Origin: an uncultured delta proteobacterium
GTDB taxonomy: Bacteria; Desulfobacterota; Syntrophobacteria; BM002
Assembly: GCA_963712115.1 (NCBI GenBank)
Contig: CAVQGX010000020.1
Span: forward strand, 32,001 to 96,000
Length of the DNA stretch: 64,000 nucleotides
Reading direction: 5' to 3'
Each line of letters starts with the position of its first letter. The first letter of the stretch is position 1. The translations under genes were made by a program, and so were the position numbers. The notes beneath the pieces are model-generated. The model made no database searches and was not told the origin of the DNA. It worked only from the letters and a program-made list of their open reading frames with translations. Shown here in pieces: positions 61,672 through 64,000 of this stretch.

Positions 61672-61705
61672 AAGGGGGCGGCATATCAAGCCGCCCCTTT
61701 TTTTT
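61672..61705 (+). terminator. Intrinsic terminator of hppA
   Basis: aagggggcggc-atatcaa-gccgcccctttttttt. Confidence 0.85.
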
Positions 61706-61726
61706 GCAAGGATGTCAAGGCGGGTT

Positions 61727-61875
61727 ACCACTGAGAGCATTATGCACCACAAAGGACACAACTGAGGCATAGAGCATGGTGCCAGGGGCACAAGGCGCAG
61801 GGCGCAAGGCGATTCGGGTCACTACGCGTCGCTGTCATTAGGTCATTACGCTGCGCTGTCATTTATTGTAAGAGG
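61727..61875. repeat. Stack of left arms from several repeat families
   Basis: caccacaaaggacacaa; ggcatagagcatgg; ggcacaaggcgcagggcgcaaggcg; gggtcactacgcgtcgctgtcattaggtcatt. Confidence 0.55.
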
Positions 61876-62327
61876 TAGAGGACCAGAATATTTAGGATTG
61901 CGAAACCGGGAACCCGCCCAAAGGGTGGGAGTCCGAAGGACAATTTCGAATTTGGGAATTATGGCGTTGTGATTTGGTCGAGTCCGGCGAAGCCGGATGA
62001 TAGAACGATTTGAGCAACGGACGGCACTGCCACTTTTGCCTTTGAGGAGACGGCTGATAATGGTATCATTTTATGTTACAATACAGTGAATATATCCCCA
62101 CACCCTTCATTCTGCAAAAGGCGGCCCCTGTCTGGGCCCCAGAGGGGCTTGTGCGGACAAATTTGAGCAATAGAATCGTAACGCCATACAGATCTTTCGC
62201 AAGGGATTATTCATTATAGCTCTGGCCAGACACTCTGCAACGAGATGGTTTGGAGGCTGTCCTCGATTTCTAAGTCCAGGCTTTCTGATCTGCTGGCAGT
62301 TATTTTTGCAGGAGGATTAAACCAGTC

Positions 62328-62810
62328 ATGTTTAAGGTTGGTGACCTAGCTGTGTATCCAGCCCATGGGGTTGGGGTGATCGAGTCCATCGAGAGCAAAT
62401 GGATTTCTGGCAACAAGCAAGAATTCTATATCATGCGCATTCTGGACAACGGCATGATTATCATGATTCCTCTCGATAACGTGAACCACGTGGGGTTGCG
62501 GCAGGTGATAGATGCTGCTCAGGTTCCGAAGATATTCGAGATCTTAAAGGAAAAAGAGGTTGAGCCGGACAACCAGACTTGGAATCGGCGCTATCGTGAA
62601 TATATGGAGAAGATTAAAACCGGTTCTGTTTACGAATTGGCCGAGGTTTTGCGCGATCTCTTTATCCTCCGTGAGGATAAAGAGCTTTCCTTTGGCGAGC
62701 GAAAGATGATGGACACCGCCCGCAGTCTGCTGGTGAAGGAGATATCGATAGCCCAAGATCAAGATGAGAACCAGGTAGAGGAAGACATCCAGGGTATTTT
62801 CGGCTCTTGA
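62328..62810 (+). CDS. carD: CarD/CdnL family transcription factor
   Basis: FKVGD.AVYPAHGVG.I, VGLR, WNRRYREYMEKIKTG, EVLRDL, LSFGERKM. Confidence 0.96.
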   Translation: MFKVGDLAVYPAHGVGVIESIESKWISGNKQEFYIMRILDNGMIIMIPLDNVNHVGLRQVIDAAQVPKIFEILKEKEVEPDNQTWNRRYREYMEKIKTGSVYELAEVLRDLFILREDKELSFGERKMMDTARSLLVKEISIAQDQDENQVEEDIQGIFGS

Positions 62811-62852
62811 GAGGGGCTCGCACCTGGCGACAATTATGGGTTTCGCTCAGAC

Positions 62853-62914
62853 TGGAATGTTGGAATGATGGAAAGGTAGGGAAAGCCATATTTTTTCCAT
62901 TATTCGAGTATTCC
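62853..62914. repeat. Inverted octamer element (tggaatgttggaatgatggaa ... ttccattattcgagtattcca)
   Basis: Same family as 45100-45184. Confidence 0.6.
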
Positions 62915-62965
62915 AATTGGGGCGAAGCCCCAAGTTAATAAGTTAAGAAAGGAGGTGATTGAAGA

Positions 62966-63997
62966 GTGAGCATTGCCCAGACTATCTTGCGTTTGCTTTT
63001 GGTCGTTGTTTGTTCGGTGAGCGGCTATATACTGGCGTCTTACCTGCAACCTCTGCAGACCTGGGGCATCTGGATCAAATTGGCGGGGACACTTACCGGA
63101 TTCATTTTTGCACTCCTAGCATTATCCATAGAAAAAATAATTAAGAAAGCACCCCTCAAGGTGATCCTGGGCGGTACATTCGGTCTCGTTTTAGGGTTGG
63201 TAATCGCTCAACTGCTCGGCTATATTTTCAGCGGCCTGCAGAATCATGCCATCCGCGTCTCAGCCTCTGTAATCCTGAGTTGTTCCTTCGGTTACATCGG
63301 CTTGGTGTTGGGGGGCAAGAAAATAGAGGAAATCAAGTGGCCGGGTTGGAGCCTCTTTACCAAAGGGTCGCTCAAAAGAAGTGGCGGCAAGATTCTCGAT
63401 ACCAGTGTCATTATAGATGGGCGCATTGCCGACATTTGTGAAACCGATTTTTTGGAAGGGCCACTGGTTGTCCCCCAGTTTGTTCTGCAGGAACTTCAGC
63501 ACATCGCTGATTCCGCTGACAACCTCAAGCGGGCTAGAGGGCGAAGGGGATTGGACATCCTCAATCGCATGCAAAAGGGTGACACTGTGGAGGTGAAAGT
63601 GGTGGATGAGGATTACCCCGAGATAAAAGAGGTGGATACCAAGCTTATTGCCCTGGCCCGTGACATGCATGCCAAGATCATCACTAACGATTTCAACCTT
63701 AACAAAGTGGCACAACTGCAGGGAGTGCCCGTTCTCAACATTAATCAGTTGGCCAACGCCCTCAAACCGATGGTTTTGCCGGGCGAGGTGTTGCACTTGC
63801 AGATTATGCGAGAGGGCAAAGAGCAGGGCCAGGGTGTCGCTTATCTAGACGACGGCACCATGGTTGTGGTTGAGAATGCCAGCAGGCTTCTAGGTCAAGA
63901 TGTGGAAGCCTCTGTTACCAGCATCCTCCAAACCACTGCTGGTCGAATGATTTTTTCCACACTCAAGGAGGAAGCGGGACAGCGCCGCCAGTATTAG
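62966..63997 (+). CDS. Membrane PIN/TRAM domain protein (YacL family)
   Basis: Four TM helices; KILDTSVIIDGRI, ELQ.IADS...KR.RGRRGLDIL, TNDFNLNKVA, GKE..QGVAYLDDGTMVVVE, QTTAGRMIF; follows carD. Confidence 0.93.
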   Translation: MSIAQTILRLLLVVVCSVSGYILASYLQPLQTWGIWIKLAGTLTGFIFALLALSIEKIIKKAPLKVILGGTFGLVLGLVIAQLLGYIFSGLQNHAIRVSASVILSCSFGYIGLVLGGKKIEEIKWPGWSLFTKGSLKRSGGKILDTSVIIDGRIADICETDFLEGPLVVPQFVLQELQHIADSADNLKRARGRRGLDILNRMQKGDTVEVKVVDEDYPEIKEVDTKLIALARDMHAKIITNDFNLNKVAQLQGVPVLNINQLANALKPMVLPGEVLHLQIMREGKEQGQGVAYLDDGTMVVVENASRLLGQDVEASVTSILQTTAGRMIFSTLKEEAGQRRQY

Positions 63998-64000
63998 GTG

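Overview
A 64-kb chromosomal window from an anaerobic, selenocysteine-using Desulfobacterota-type bacterium (taxonomy inferred from gene content). It probably spans the replication origin, since gene orientation flips at about 17 kb. The left arm (minus strand) is a C1/Wood-Ljungdahl methyl-branch and redox cluster: fhs, folD, a large HdrA/HdrL, Sec-containing MvhD, metV, metF, a TmcC/TmcB/cytochrome c3 module, cooC/acsF, the N-terminal half of purH, and a Sec-containing HdrD-like Fe-S protein. The ORF track breaks or truncates both selenoproteins at in-frame TGA codons. The right arm carries a divergent dnaA, dnaN, gyrB, gyrA, gpsA, ogt, a TMTC-like TPR glycosyltransferase and a decaying AT-rich surface-modification islet. 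Further right are a TetR-headed futalosine menaquinone cluster, trpB2, ubiX, a four-helix-bundle gene, the C-terminal half of purH, an FG-GAP protein, a porin broken in two loop regions, serA, ispE-prs-rplY-pth, hppA, carD and a PIN/TRAM gene. The most striking unexplained structure is intergenic. Many spacers hold inverted pairs of short-period (7-9 nt, one about 14 nt) degenerate tandem-repeat arrays from many sequence families, often nested and often starting at stop codons. One family occurs both empty and wrapped around the four-helix-bundle (IVP/bAvd-like) gene. No rRNA, tRNA, CRISPR array, transposase or reverse transcriptase was seen.
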